Assembly (NCBI RefSeq): GCF_041146345.1 | Contig: NW_027191404.1 | Span: forward strand, 930,001 to 994,000 | From: Neodothiora populina | Taxonomy: Eukaryota | DNA: 64,000 nucleotides | Direction of reading: 5' to 3' | In this document: positions 47,395-58,794 of the stretch, one piece after another | Position numbering within the stretch: the first letter of the stretch is position 1 | Layout of the letters: each line of letters opens with the position of its first letter | Made by a program: the position numbers and the translations under genes | The notes under the pieces: generated by a model | What the model was told of the DNA's origin: nothing | Seen by the model: only the letters and a program-made list of their open reading frames with translations | Databases searched by the model: none

Positions 47395-49569
47395 TCATGA
47401 GCAACCATCATCAAGGTATTTACCAGAAAGCTGGCTATCTTGGGTGGAAGAAGAATCCTCCAGAAATAGCTGAAGGTCGTTGTCCTGGAAAAAGTCCACC
47501 GCGCCGAACGCCATTGGGTCGTCCAACTGTTCGGAGTCTACATTGCAATGCAGATCGGAGTCAAAATCAATATCGGCAATTGACTGTCCAATTAACTCGA
47601 GCTGTCCAGTATGACTGGTGCCGTTGGCTGAACTTGCGAGTGTCAGATCAGAATAGTCTTGCTGCTGTCGGAGTTGCGGCAGTATGCCATTCAAAGATAC
47701 TGGAAGTGCTTTGTAATGTTGAAGCTCCTCGGCCATGAGTGTCGACTGCGGGGACTGGTCTGTAGAAGAGATCTCGGGGGTAGAAAGAGCCGTGATGGAT
47801 CCTTGAAAGTGAGGTATATGTGAGTTCGAACTGGCCATGTCATTGTGTATATCGCAAGACTCCATGGCGATATCAAGCTGGACCAGGAACGACTTAGTGA
47901 CCGGATGCGTCTTCTGCAGCGCCTGCATGGTCGATCGAATATATCGAAGGTTGGATGAAGCCTGCCCATGATTACTGTCGATTTTGACTATGTCAATGAA
48001 GACCGAAGACGCGACAGACAGGCCGAAAGCTATATAAGGACTCATCTGGACAAGTGTTAGCTCTTCAGATCTGGTATACAGTATCGTGGGCTTGAGCTTA
48101 CATTTGAGATGTCTAGATGACTGATCATCCGTAATATATTGACAATTTCCTCCGCTGCGATCTCACTCCGCTGCTCGCTTCGAGCTCTAACAAGAGCGGA
48201 ATCGATCGAGCGCCTGTCAAAGCTTGTAACCAACGCTCTATGCAGTGATATAGTCAGCGAGTGAATGTTCATATTGATCGAGATAGCTGTGGCATCCCGC
48301 AAGGCAGCCGGAAGTTTCAGATGTTCAGGCAAGTAGAGGAACAGAGACGAGAGGTCATTATCCAATTTGCTGTGCCTTGTCCAGAACTCTTTGTTTGTAG
48401 CGGACTGAGATTGACCCGAGGGCGCTTCAAAGTGAAGGTGTTCACGAATGCGCCCAATTAAGTCTGCTATAAGTATTGCACCACCGAAGGCAGAGAGTTG
48501 AGAAAGGCTCTGCCCTGCACGAGCTTGAGATAGAGAAAGAGTGTTCTCGGAATAGCCACTTATGTATGCTACATCGGATGATGGTAAGTTTGTTGAGATC
48601 TGATCATGTTAGACAATTCTGCCAATCAGTTCACTATTGCAAGCAAACCTCGCGATCGTCAATTGTTACAGGCCACCCTGTGCCACAGGTAGCCCATCTG
48701 TCATTATGGAAAGCAGCCCAGAAAGTTCTACGCCTACACTCTAGCTCGATAAGATCGCGTGCTGGAGGAAGGACTCGTCTCACTAGCTGGTTCGCTTTGT
48801 CTAGCTGATGAAGGCCTAGCATCTGTGCCAGTCGAGAGCTTCGCCCTAGACTCATCCAAGCTCGAGGGAAAGCCATCCTCTCTGATTCGTACTGTGCCAG
48901 CAAGCACCAGCACTGAACATGCTCGATCGTGAGTACAGACAGTCCAAGCCCCTGCGAACACGTTAAACCGTCCTAAGCAATAGGAAAGGCATGACATACT
49001 CTTAACTCATCACCCTCTGCATAGTTGCGCGCCCTCTGATAGAACACGTCTGCTAAGTTCTTGTGGGATTGCGAGGCCGAAGCAGCCAGAGCCCAAATTG
49101 CGTACCGCAAACATGCTGGTATGCCGACATTCGGCGGCGATTGACAAGCGAGGAGGTATCTTGCCCTATGAAGAACCGGGAGGAAAGGGTGTATGCGGTC
49201 GAAAAAGACACCATTACTGAAGAGTCAGAATAGCTCCATGAGGAACACGGGGTGTATTTACAGTTCATCGATCAAGTCATGGCTCGGTAGTGGTTCCTGC
49301 AGTCCCAATAACAGGACAGCACTCGTTGGAAACACTGTGTCTATTCGTGGAGACAATGTGCTGCTGATAGCAGATACCGCAGTTCGAACACTAGGTGAGT
49401 GTTCTTGTCGAGATCTAGCTGTCGGTCTTTGTCGCGCCCGATAAGGGCGATCATCATAATTGCATGCGTGTCCCAGTCTTTGACATGTCATGCATACAGG
49501 CTTTTGTCCATCGCATTTTAGCTTCCTACGTCGGCATAAGATGCACGCAAATTTCTTAGGGTTCTGCAT
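47395..49569 (-). CDS. Zn(II)2Cys6 transcription factor with a fungal-specific TF (middle homology) domain, 5 exons
   Basis: Zinc cluster ACILCRRRKLKCDGQKPVCMTCQRLGHAC, then FFDRIHPFLPVLH, RAWMSLGRSSRLAQMLGLHQLD and ECRRRTFWAAF. Four GT-AG introns give a continuous frame. The start codon is uncertain. Confidence 0.92.
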
Positions 49570-49926
49570 CTGGTCTGATGAACAGGAAGTCAAAAGGGCG
49601 GTACAATTCAAAGGTTGGCTGCATAGAGCCTGCAAATATCATGCCCATGGTATACCATTTCGAAGAACGTATAGCAGCTTGTTATGCTTGTTGTGCGATC
49701 AGAGTTCAACAGTTCGTTTGACGGAACATGACATGATTATGATTAAACTTTTGAAGTGCGAATAACCACGTCCCGCTTTGTGGACAACCTTGTTTGACGC
49801 CGATCTTTGGAGAAGATCCACGGGTTCTCAAAGATATATATGAGACTATAAAATCGATTTCTGTCGGTACGCTGCTTGAAAGTGCGTACTGAGCTCAGGA
49901 TTAATAGATCAGCGGAGCATTGTACT

Positions 49927-51423
49927 CTAATACTTTGCCTTGAAAGGCAGGGTCTTGAGCTGCTCCACCGGATTCGCCTGAATGCCAAATAATTCATAGA
50001 TCCACTTCAAGATGATAAAGAAGCTCTCAGGTTCGCCCATATGTCTCTTACCCTCAACGAAGCGTGCCTCCTTCGGCGCACCATGCATGAGACAAAGATA
50101 ACAATCATCGATCGGAAAAATCTGGTCTTCTGTACCATTGACAAGCAACAATCGTGCACATCGCGGCTTGTCTAATGTGCCGTCTTTGAGAAGAGAAAAC
50201 TTGTCGCTGGCTTCGACCTTGAAGCGCTCGAAGTCGTTGCCGTACCCGAATTTGTAGCACAGTGTCGTTGCGAGATCGAATGGGTACTCGAGGTGATTGA
50301 CTTTGTCCAGCCAGGCGGGATCGAACATGTGGTGGGTGCCACCACCAAGGGCAACAACGCCAACCAGACGGTCCGGATGCGTATGTGCTATGCGGGTAGC
50401 ATAGTAGCCACCGGTGGAGAAGCCCCAAACGCATATTTTGGAAGCATCGATGCCGGGCTGTTGGGCGACCCAGTCCAACAAGGAGCTCCATTGGCGATCT
50501 GGTGAAGTAGGATCAGTAGGGGTAGCAGGCGAGTCACCAGTGCCAGGGATCTCCACGACTACAGTCGCCACGCCTTTCTGCCGCCATCCCTCCATCCAGA
50601 CAGCTAGCTCGGTTCTGTAACCATCGAGTCCTGTCATAATGAGCACGAGAGGGACAGGAGCAGATTCGGACGCCGTCGATGGAAGGAGGTAATAAATTGG
50701 GATCTCCTTTCCTTCATTCTCGAGGCCATGGGAATGAGGGACAATGACCTCTTTGACAGGGTGTTTTCGTAGTCTACTCCTATTAGTCTTCGAATTTTGT
50801 GAGGGCTCTCACGTGCTTTCAGAACTTACCCTAGTCCTCTGATACATGCCTTTTTGCCTACTTGCCATGCATATCGTTGCTTCTCTGATCGCGGAGCTGG
50901 GAATCGTGAGACACGGTAAACAGCTGAAGCCCGTCTACGACAATTAGCTCAGCGACTGGATCAAGGAAATCAAGCAACAACTCACAGATACAACTCAGAT
51001 GCCTTTTCGTTATCCTTTTCTGCTTCAGCCTTTTCCGCCGCAGCGACCACTTCCTCGGCCTTGGGGAAATAGACTTGAGCATAGCTATCCCACTCATACG
51101 GCTCCTTGAAGTCTCTCTACACAGGAAAGTCAGGGGTATTCATCTCATCAAGATCCGCTGGGCTAGACAGTCTTACCTTAATAAGCTCATCCACAATTGG
51201 CTGAAAGTCCTTGACAGCTCCGAACATGAAAGGATAAACGCCCATCTCACACTACATTCCGCTCACGTTAGCGTGACAGGTCTCCCAGGTAATTTGGGTC
51301 AAGTAGCCTTTTGCTTACAGGAGCCTTCCATTTTGTTTCCCATAGTTGCTTGTAGCTTTCATGATGAGCAGCTACAGTGTCCATCTGGTCCTGTATGAAG
51401 AACTTGCTGTTTGGGGCCGCCAT
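49927..51423 (-). CDS. ayg1: Ayg1/Yg1-type polyketide-shortening alpha/beta hydrolase (DHN-melanin associated family), 5 exons
   Basis: Spliced: LWETKWKAPCEMGVYPF, RASAVYRVSRFP, LIMTGLDGYR, EIPGTGDSP, nucleophile elbow WGFSTGGYYA, LLLVNGTED and HMGEP. Confidence 0.9.
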
Positions 51424-52073
51424 GACTGGTGCGTTTGACGTATCACTGTCGGTAGGGAAGTGCCTACAGCCGAGCCGACGATAACAAAGTGTACAGATGT
51501 TACACGCTATACAAGGGAAATGGGCTGAGGTAAGGAGACAACAGTTCAATGAGAAAGATAGAGTGCCCACGCAGTGCTTAGGCGCCTGTCTCACAGGAGC
51601 TATCTTATATACTTGACCACGGAACCAGTAACAATCTACATATCCATTGCACTCCGACGGGGAATCTCCGTCATCATTGGGCTGATGCAGAGTCCAAGTC
51701 CGTTGCATTGCGCGCAAGTCCTGATGTTACAAGTAGGTCAAGCACTGCCCAAGTGCCGAAAGAGCGAGGTGGTGCAGCATAATAGTAGATCTCATTGACT
51801 GACGACTGTGCTATAAGGTTGGAGCGTCGGAGAATAAAGCAAGTCTCCCCACGTATGCCGAAGCCAATGGTTTCGCTAGCTTGATGGGGGAAAGACGAGA
51901 GGCTATTTTGGGTAGTCGGGACAATGAGAGTATGCGACATTGATCGTGTCAGGACAGACCATAGAGTAGACATATACACGTCTTGGGAGATTGACGACAC
52001 AGTAGCTGGCTCAAGTGGACTTCTTGAAACATTAATTGAGACTCAGGCAATGCTGCCAAGCATATGGATTTGT

Positions 52074-53360
52074 CTAAAAGCCCAGCTTGATCGGTATTGA
52101 TCTACTGGTGTTGCTGATTGCAGATAAATTACTGTCTGCTGGACTAATGGCGCGCGAAGGTCGTTGAGCATTCCTTGACGAACCAAAGTCCCTACGAGCC
52201 ACAGCATCTGCTAGTTCGCTAGTAACGTAATGCCTTACTTCGCCAAGGTCTACATACACGATCTTTCGTAAGGCCGGTGCATTTTTCTTCAAGGCAGCCA
52301 TAGGTTCGTGACTAGCAGTGACGTTATGCAGACGCAGTTCTTCCAGCCTAGCCCAAATGCAGTCATTGGTGTTTTGGGAGGCGTCATCTTCCTGCACCAT
52401 AAGTAGAGGGTTAGGGCCTTGACCATCGATCCACCCGAACACAAGCGTTATTAGAGTCGGGCTGAAGCTTCTCCAGTAGTCCAAGAAGACCTTGTCAAAT
52501 GTGGTCCTTCGCCTCTCGTCCAATCTGTCCCTGACGTAAGGGTTTCTGACGCGTAATTCGAGACTTTCAAGTCTTTGCCAGACTACACCTGGTGGACCTG
52601 GTAGCCTAGGACTAGATGGTAGACATGCCTTCGACTCCCCATAGGCACCACAGCCAGCCCACCTGAAGTGCATGATGCCCATTGCGTGAAACGGCTTGAG
52701 TATGACTGCACGAAGGCGCTCGAAGTTGATTCTCTCCATGCAGATGCGTGTTTTGATCAGAACCATCTCGATATCGGTGCATCCCGGCCACGCTGGGTCG
52801 CCATTGCAGGCAATAGTCAATGTTCTTATGTTTGGGAAGTTACTCAAGACCCATTCCCAGTGAGTAAGACGGACTCGATCAATCTGATGTGGACGACGCT
52901 GCACCACGAATTTCCAAGCCGCTGGACTAGGTACCTCTGGTTCTTGTCCTTCACACGTATGCTTTGGGCTCTCTTGATATTGCCGTTCAGCGTCGTGACC
53001 ATGCTGGAGACGTATGATACTTCTGCCAGAACGATTGACTTCGACATGGGCCTTGGTGCTGTTTGCCTTTGGATAAGCAATCTTAATGATCAAGTGTCCG
53101 CAAGAGAGACCAATTTTGGGAAGTACGTTGAGTTGCAAATTGCCATGAGGGGGAGTATGCAAATAGATGGTCTTGAAAGCCTTCGCTCGATGTTCCTGAA
53201 GATTGCTCAAGAATCGAGAGGCAAGCCTCAACCTTGTGATATCGTGCATGGTGTTGAGATGGCTCAGCAGAGTGTCGAGCCCGTGGCCGTCTGGGTAGAG
53301 GCTCAGTAGATATATCATACGCTCGAAAGCAGGCTTCGTGTTCTTTGGCATCTTGAACAT
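52074..53360 (-). CDS. Hypothetical protein with degenerate LRR-like segments
   Basis: 428-aa ATG-initiated ORF containing FPNIRTLTI, WQRLESLELRV, WARLEELRLHNV and APALRKI. No firm family assignment. Confidence 0.7.
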   Translation of the reverse strand: MFKMPKNTKPAFERMIYLLSLYPDGHGLDTLLSHLNTMHDITRLRLASRFLSNLQEHRAKAFKTIYLHTPPHGNLQLNVLPKIGLSCGHLIIKIAYPKANSTKAHVEVNRSGRSIIRLQHGHDAERQYQESPKHTCEGQEPEVPSPAAWKFVVQRRPHQIDRVRLTHWEWVLSNFPNIRTLTIACNGDPAWPGCTDIEMVLIKTRICMERINFERLRAVILKPFHAMGIMHFRWAGCGAYGESKACLPSSPRLPGPPGVVWQRLESLELRVRNPYVRDRLDERRRTTFDKVFLDYWRSFSPTLITLVFGWIDGQGPNPLLMVQEDDASQNTNDCIWARLEELRLHNVTASHEPMAALKKNAPALRKIVYVDLGEVRHYVTSELADAVARRDFGSSRNAQRPSRAISPADSNLSAISNTSRSIPIKLGF

Positions 53361-53547
53361 GCTGAGAAAGAATTCTGGCTCAGAGATTGGGGATTCATGT
53401 CAAAGAAGCAGGCGTAATAGATAGCAAGTGTGACCAAATGCTGGGCGAGATAGATGGCAGAGTGTGTAACGTAGCATCTCTGCGTTGGACGCTGTCCGTC
53501 ACCATGGCTACACAGCCAGCACATACATGCGCGTGACAAGCATTTGC

Positions 53548-54132
53548 TCAGCGCGTATAGGCAGTATCACTGTGGTAGTCCTTCTGCGGGCCCTTGACCT
53601 TGTATCGGAGCCCCCAGCGGTCTATTGCACCATTTGGCGACAGCCTGAAGTCATAAAAGGCCCAGTACATGTCCATGTCGCACAAATGATCGCCCTTGGC
53701 AACCCACCTGCCATCCGTATATTCGAATTCCATTTCATGGAAGACATAGTCCACATCTTCTTCTCCATCGACATGTGGCTCCTTTACGAACCATGCAGAT
53801 ATCTTTTCGTCGCCCGGACTCAAGCGGTAGATATACTTCCTGTTTGCACGCAGGGTATAGCCGGTATCAGTGACAAGTTCGCCAGTCTCGTGATACAAGT
53901 AAGAGGAATTATTGAATGCGCCATGAGGTTTGAATGTTGCCGAGCCGGTAAATGTGCCTGACGGAAAGGCTGGTAGTTCGCTTGTCAGCCTTCGGTGCAT
54001 ATGCCAGGAGCCCTCAAGACTCTTGAAGATGGCCTCAAGAGGCGGCTTGATTTCCATGAGAGGCATGTTTTCTGCAGGAGGGGCAAGATACAGTCGTTGA
54101 ACCTGAGATGTTGGTGCACATCGGGTAATCAT
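53548..54132 (-). CDS. Stand-alone DUF6314-like beta-barrel protein
   Basis: SLEGSWHMHRRL...GTFTGSATF...YLYHETG...HLCDMDMY...YKVKGPQKDY. The start may be a downstream Met (MPLMEIK). Confidence 0.78.
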   Translation of the reverse strand: MITRCAPTSQVQRLYLAPPAENMPLMEIKPPLEAIFKSLEGSWHMHRRLTSELPAFPSGTFTGSATFKPHGAFNNSSYLYHETGELVTDTGYTLRANRKYIYRLSPGDEKISAWFVKEPHVDGEEDVDYVFHEMEFEYTDGRWVAKGDHLCDMDMYWAFYDFRLSPNGAIDRWGLRYKVKGPQKDYHSDTAYTR

Positions 54133-54657
54133 TAGGTATTGTTGAAGTCGCTAAAGCCATTGTCCGAAGATATGGTCTGTGCACGAGCTCTGTCCTCGGT
54201 CAGCCTGATCAGTGTAAGTAGGTAAGCAGCGGACCCATTCCTGGTGTCAGCAGGGAAGATATCGGAATCGAACGCGAACGGCGGAAGAACAGAAAGAGAT
54301 TGAAGATGTCAGCATAATTGGCCGACCCGTATTGAGTTGACATTGATGCTTGACTTGCAAAAATCAGGCGAGATATTGAAAAAGGCGTATCTACGAGACG
54401 AGGTGATTATCACGGCCTCGCCGGATCCTATGAACACCAAATGGCGTGAGCGTGAAAATAAAAATTGTACACTTTGCTGTATTATACAGAATGCTAGATG
54501 TTTCCTTCGTTAAGTCTGATGCAGCATGTCGAAAGAATGCTCATGACAACAATTGATGACATTTGGCGACCATTGCGGAAGAATCGAGACAGGCGTGGTT
54601 GAGTGCGATCCTCCGCCTCCTCGCTCCACCTGTCCTCCGTACATTGACTTCCGTGAT

Positions 54658-54939
54658 CTACTTCTTCTGTTGAAGAGCGTCCATGTCTGCCTTGTCCTGC
54701 TTGAGTTGAGCCTCGCCCTTCTGGATCTTGGCTCTGAGGGCCTCGGCCTTCTCCTTCTCCTTCTCATGGACGTACATGCTCTCCGAGGCAGCTTCACGCT
54801 TGGTGAAGGCGTCGGCAGAGGCTCGAGGAGCACCAGTGTCACCATCCTTCATGGTGCGGGCTGCGACTGAGAAACGAGCAGTCTGGGCAGCGTTGACAAC
54901 AGGGCGCGAGGCGCGGAAGAGTCTCATGGGGGCAGACAT
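54658..54939 (-). CDS. INH1: Mitochondrial F1Fo-ATPase inhibitor IF1
   Basis: Arg-rich presequence MSAPMRLFRASR..., then GDTGAPR...DAFTKREAASESMYVHEKEKEK and a coiled coil. Apparent 5'-UTR intron at 54996-54943. Confidence 0.92.
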   Translation of the reverse strand: MSAPMRLFRASRPVVNAAQTARFSVAARTMKDGDTGAPRASADAFTKREAASESMYVHEKEKEKAEALRAKIQKGEAQLKQDKADMDALQQKK

Positions 54940-55255
54940 TGTCTGTACATCAGGTGAGCAAAAGAACAGATGGCAAAAGAGCAAGGGCTCCCTTACGATT
55001 GTGGTGTGGTGTGGTATGGTGATTGGAATAATGAAGCCTCAGTAGAGCCGATGTGTTTGGGAGATTGAACAGGTGATGCTTGACAGAATGGAATAGACGG
55101 AGCTTGAGGCGCTCAGCTGATGGAAACAGCGCCAAGACATGACGTGTGAGTGCCTGGTTTACCCTTGAAGTTCTCCAATCAACGGGCAAGAGCCAGCTGA
55201 TTCTCGACTGAACAGAAGCAATACTTACACCTGATTTTGGTGTCACGTGAAATAA

Positions 55256-55336
55256 GCTGCTGTAGCTCAGTGGTAGAGCGTGGGATTGCAGTCCGCAGTC
55301 ATCCTAAGGTCCGTCGTTCGATCCGGCGTAGCAGCT
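55256..55336 (+). tRNA. tRNA-Cys(GCA) with a 9-nt intron (55292-55300)
   Basis: Acceptor stem GCTGCTG/TAGCAGC; D-arm GCTC-AGTGGTA-GAGC; anticodon stem TGGGA/TCCTA with GCA at 55288-55290; T-arm CGTCG-TTCGATC-CGGCG; U73 discriminator; T-tracts downstream. Confidence 0.93.
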
Positions 55337-56543
55337 TTGCTTTTTGTTTCATAGACAAATATAGACAACTAACCCTTGGTCAACCCCGGTTATGTGATGT
55401 ACATGACTCTGGGGAACCAGTGATCGGCAATGATGACCTTTTTTTTTTTTTTTTTATCTTGCATGCCACTTGTACGTCCTCTATTAATGGTACCTTATTC
55501 ATTCGCACGTGTGCTGCACTTTACGAGTAAGATGGAATACACGTGTGATTTCAAGACTTTCAGTACCCGACCGTTACATGTCGCAGTACATCCATCCGCT
55601 CCGCAGCCCGACTGTGCCATCAGTTGCCTTACCGCATGCGGCTGCATATAGTGTTTCTTTCCTTTTCCACGGGCACTACTGTGCAACAGGGAAGGCGGGC
55701 AATACACCGAATTTGCCCCACGACAATACGGAGCAGAGGGTCAGGACTATGGAACTGTGAGGGGAGAAGCGAGGAGCGGTGCGTCGTGTATGACCAGCGA
55801 GTGACCAGCGAATGGTGGTTTTATGACGTCGATCGGACCGAAGGTCGGCCGCGGTCTTTTGAACGGCGCCCAGGTGGGCTGTACTACTGTAACTGTATGT
55901 GGGCTGTTGGCGAACAGATGGAGTGTGGAGCTTTCTCAGAACACTACTACCACGCTCATTGATTCGTGACTGAAACTTCTCAACATCTTCGTCTCCTTCT
56001 ACTCTTTTATACATACATCGGATTCTAGAGTCAAAGTGTAAGTTGACACCCCCTTGATCACCCTGTTTTCTCTCATTTCGCCCTGGTTTTCTGCAAGAAT
56101 TGAGCCGTGATCTCGCCGTGTCGTCACCCAGTGTTTTTGGTGGGGCAGGTTGCCTGTACTTTGCGCCTGCTTGATACAGTATACCACAAGAAGCAGCGGC
56201 CTCTAGCCAGCCAAAGCAGTCCTAATTGGGGCCCAACTCCGACTATTTACACCGCGTAGTAGGTCAGAGAATATGGGCATCCCATACTTTCCAAGTCCTC
56301 TGGCATGGTCGCAGCTGAGAAGGGACCCGATCAACCCCGGGCATCTGTCTGTCCCGAGTGAACCCGTGATCTGTCTCATGCCCTCTGGCCTGACTTTTGA
56401 TGCGATATGGCCATAAGAGGAACGACACCTTGCTGACATACCATGTCAAAACTCAGGATTAATTACATAATACATCTGATTTCGCCCTGCACAAAAGCGT
56501 ACAGCGCCCCCGCAACCAACAACCCCATCACAACACCGCCAAC

Positions 56544-58271
56544 ATGGTTGGTTTGGGACCACGCAGACAGCCCTCCAGAAGGGGTGAGTCAGATCTCGAT
56601 CAAAGAGCCAGAGTGTCTCGATTAACTTGGAAATAGGCTCCATGGCCGATGTGCCAAAGGATCTCCTCACACAAATAAAGAAGCTGGAAGAGACCTTCGC
56701 CGTTCCCAAGGAGAAGCTCAAGCAAATCACCGACCACTTCGTCAATGAGCTTGCCAAGGGTCTTACCAGAGAGGGTGGAAACATTGTGAGCATATCTGGA
56801 ACAATGCCAGAACAAGCAGCGACGTGCTGACCAATTGCCAGCCCATGAACCCTACCTGGTGCATGAGCTTCCCTACTGGCTACGAAACCGGCACCTTCCT
56901 CGCCCTGGATATGGGTGGCACCAACCTCCGTGTTTGCGAAATCCACCTACCGGAGGCCAAGGGCGAGTTCGACATCATCCAGTCAAAGTACCGCATGCCC
57001 GAGGAACTCAAGACCGGCACCGCCGAGGAGCTCTGGGGATACGTTGCCGACTGCCTTCAGCAATTCCTCGAGTACCACCACGAGGGCGAGAAGCTCGAGA
57101 AGCTTCCTCTCGGTTTCACCTTCTCATACCCCGCCTCCCAGGACTACATTGACCACGGTGTCCTCCAGCGCTGGACCAAGGGTTTCGACATTGATGGTGT
57201 TGAGGGGCATGACGTTGTTCCTCCTTTCGAGGCTGCCCTCCAGGAGAGAGTGAGTCTTGTGGCTACAGACGATCCAGAGAAGTTGGTACTAATTGTCTCC
57301 AGGGTGTCCCGATCAAGCTCACTGCTCTTATCAATGACACCACCGGTACTCTTATCGCCAGTGCTTACACCGACACTGAGATGAAGATCGGATGTATCTT
57401 CGGAACTGGATGCAACGCTGCATACATGGAGAACATGGGCAACATCCCCAAACTCGACCACATGAAGCTTGACCCCGAGACCCCAATGGCCATCAACTGC
57501 GAGTGGGGTGCCTTTGACAACGACCACCAGGTCCTTCCTCTTACCAAGTACGATTTGATCGTCGACTCAGAGTCACCGAGACCTGGCCAACAGGCCTTCG
57601 AGAAGATGATTGCCGGTCTCTACCTCGGCGAGATCTTCCGTCTCGTTCTCCTTGATGAGCACGACCAGAAGCACATGTTCGAGGGCCAAGACGTGAGCAA
57701 GCTGAAGAAGCCTTACTCCCTTGACTCTTCATTCCTCTCCGCCATCGAAGAGTAAGCATTGTATCGTTTGTCAATCATTAAATGCAACAGACTGACACTG
57801 CTGAACAGGGATCCCTTTGAGAACTTGTCCGAGACCGAGACCCTCATGAAGGACACCCTCGGCCTAACATGTGCCAAGGGCGAGCTCGAGCTCATCCGCC
57901 GCCTGGCCGAGCTGATCGGAACCCGTGCCGCTCGTCTCTCCGCATGCGGTGTCGCAGCAATCTGCAAGAAGAAGAACTACTCGAGCGCACACGTCGGCGC
58001 CGACGGCTCCGTCTTCAACAAGTACCCCCACTTCAAGGCACGAGGTGCCGTCGCCCTGCGCGAGATCCTCGACTGGCCCGAGAAGAAGTCCAAGAAGGAG
58101 GCTGACCCCGTCGAGATCACCGCCGCCGAGGACGGTTCCGGTGTCGGTGCCGCTCTCATCGCTGCTCTCACCCTCAAGAGAGTCCAGGAGGGCAACCTCG
58201 CTGGTATCAGAGATGCCAAGAGCATGCTCGCGGGCACCACGGCCGCAAAGTCAGGCTCCAAGGAGGTGTAA
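56544..58271 (+). CDS. hxkA: Hexokinase (Hxk2/HxkA type), 5 exons
   Basis: N-terminus MVGLGPRRQPSRRGSMADVP, then LALDMGGTNLRV, LGFTFSYP, INDTTG, IFGTGCNA, INCEWGAF, GADGSV and AEDGSGVGAAL. Confidence 0.97.
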
Positions 58272-58794
58272 ATTGCTTTTGTCTCTGGAACGATGCAATA
58301 ATAAATACCACTCCTTGACGGGCTTGTTGACAGAGGTAAATACGATCTGACAAGCTCAATTCCCACGGCGATACGTGGATTCATGAGTCATTGCGTCAGT
58401 AGCAAGCACTAGGTCGATTGATTTTGTTCACCATCACCGAGATGATGGCTGATGAGGCATCCTCCCGCATGGCATAGCTTTGACACACATGCACACACCC
58501 AACAATGCAAATATAAATATGAAATTTCTCCTCAGATACGTGTCCCCCTGCTTTTCGTGACTACTGTGGCTTGATCCAATCTGCTCACTGTCTATTGCAC
58601 TCCTCTTTCCATGCTGCCCGATCCTGTAGTTGTAACTTGTGTATCTTGACATGCACTTTCTGAAAAGGAGATTCGGGGTTATCTCCTCAGATGCAAGAGA
58701 GCACAGTACTGCCTCATGAACCAGATCACTTGATTGCTTTGGCTCTTCCCCCTCTTTACTCTAACGCAAAGGTCAGGATCAGAGCAGACCAGAC

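Noticed and set aside
52668..53309. 213-aa plus-strand ORF with a hydrophobic stretch
   Set aside because: Fully nested antisense to the longer ATG-initiated 428-aa ORF and starts at a non-ATG codon.
45912..54132. Secondary-metabolite biosynthetic cluster
   Set aside because: No backbone enzyme (PKS, NRPS, terpene synthase or DMATS) or transporter, and core genes flank both sides within the window.
2392..58271. GND1, hexokinase and IF1 as a carbon-metabolism cluster
   Set aside because: GND1 is more than 50 kb and about 20 unrelated genes away from the other two, so co-occurrence is consistent with chance.
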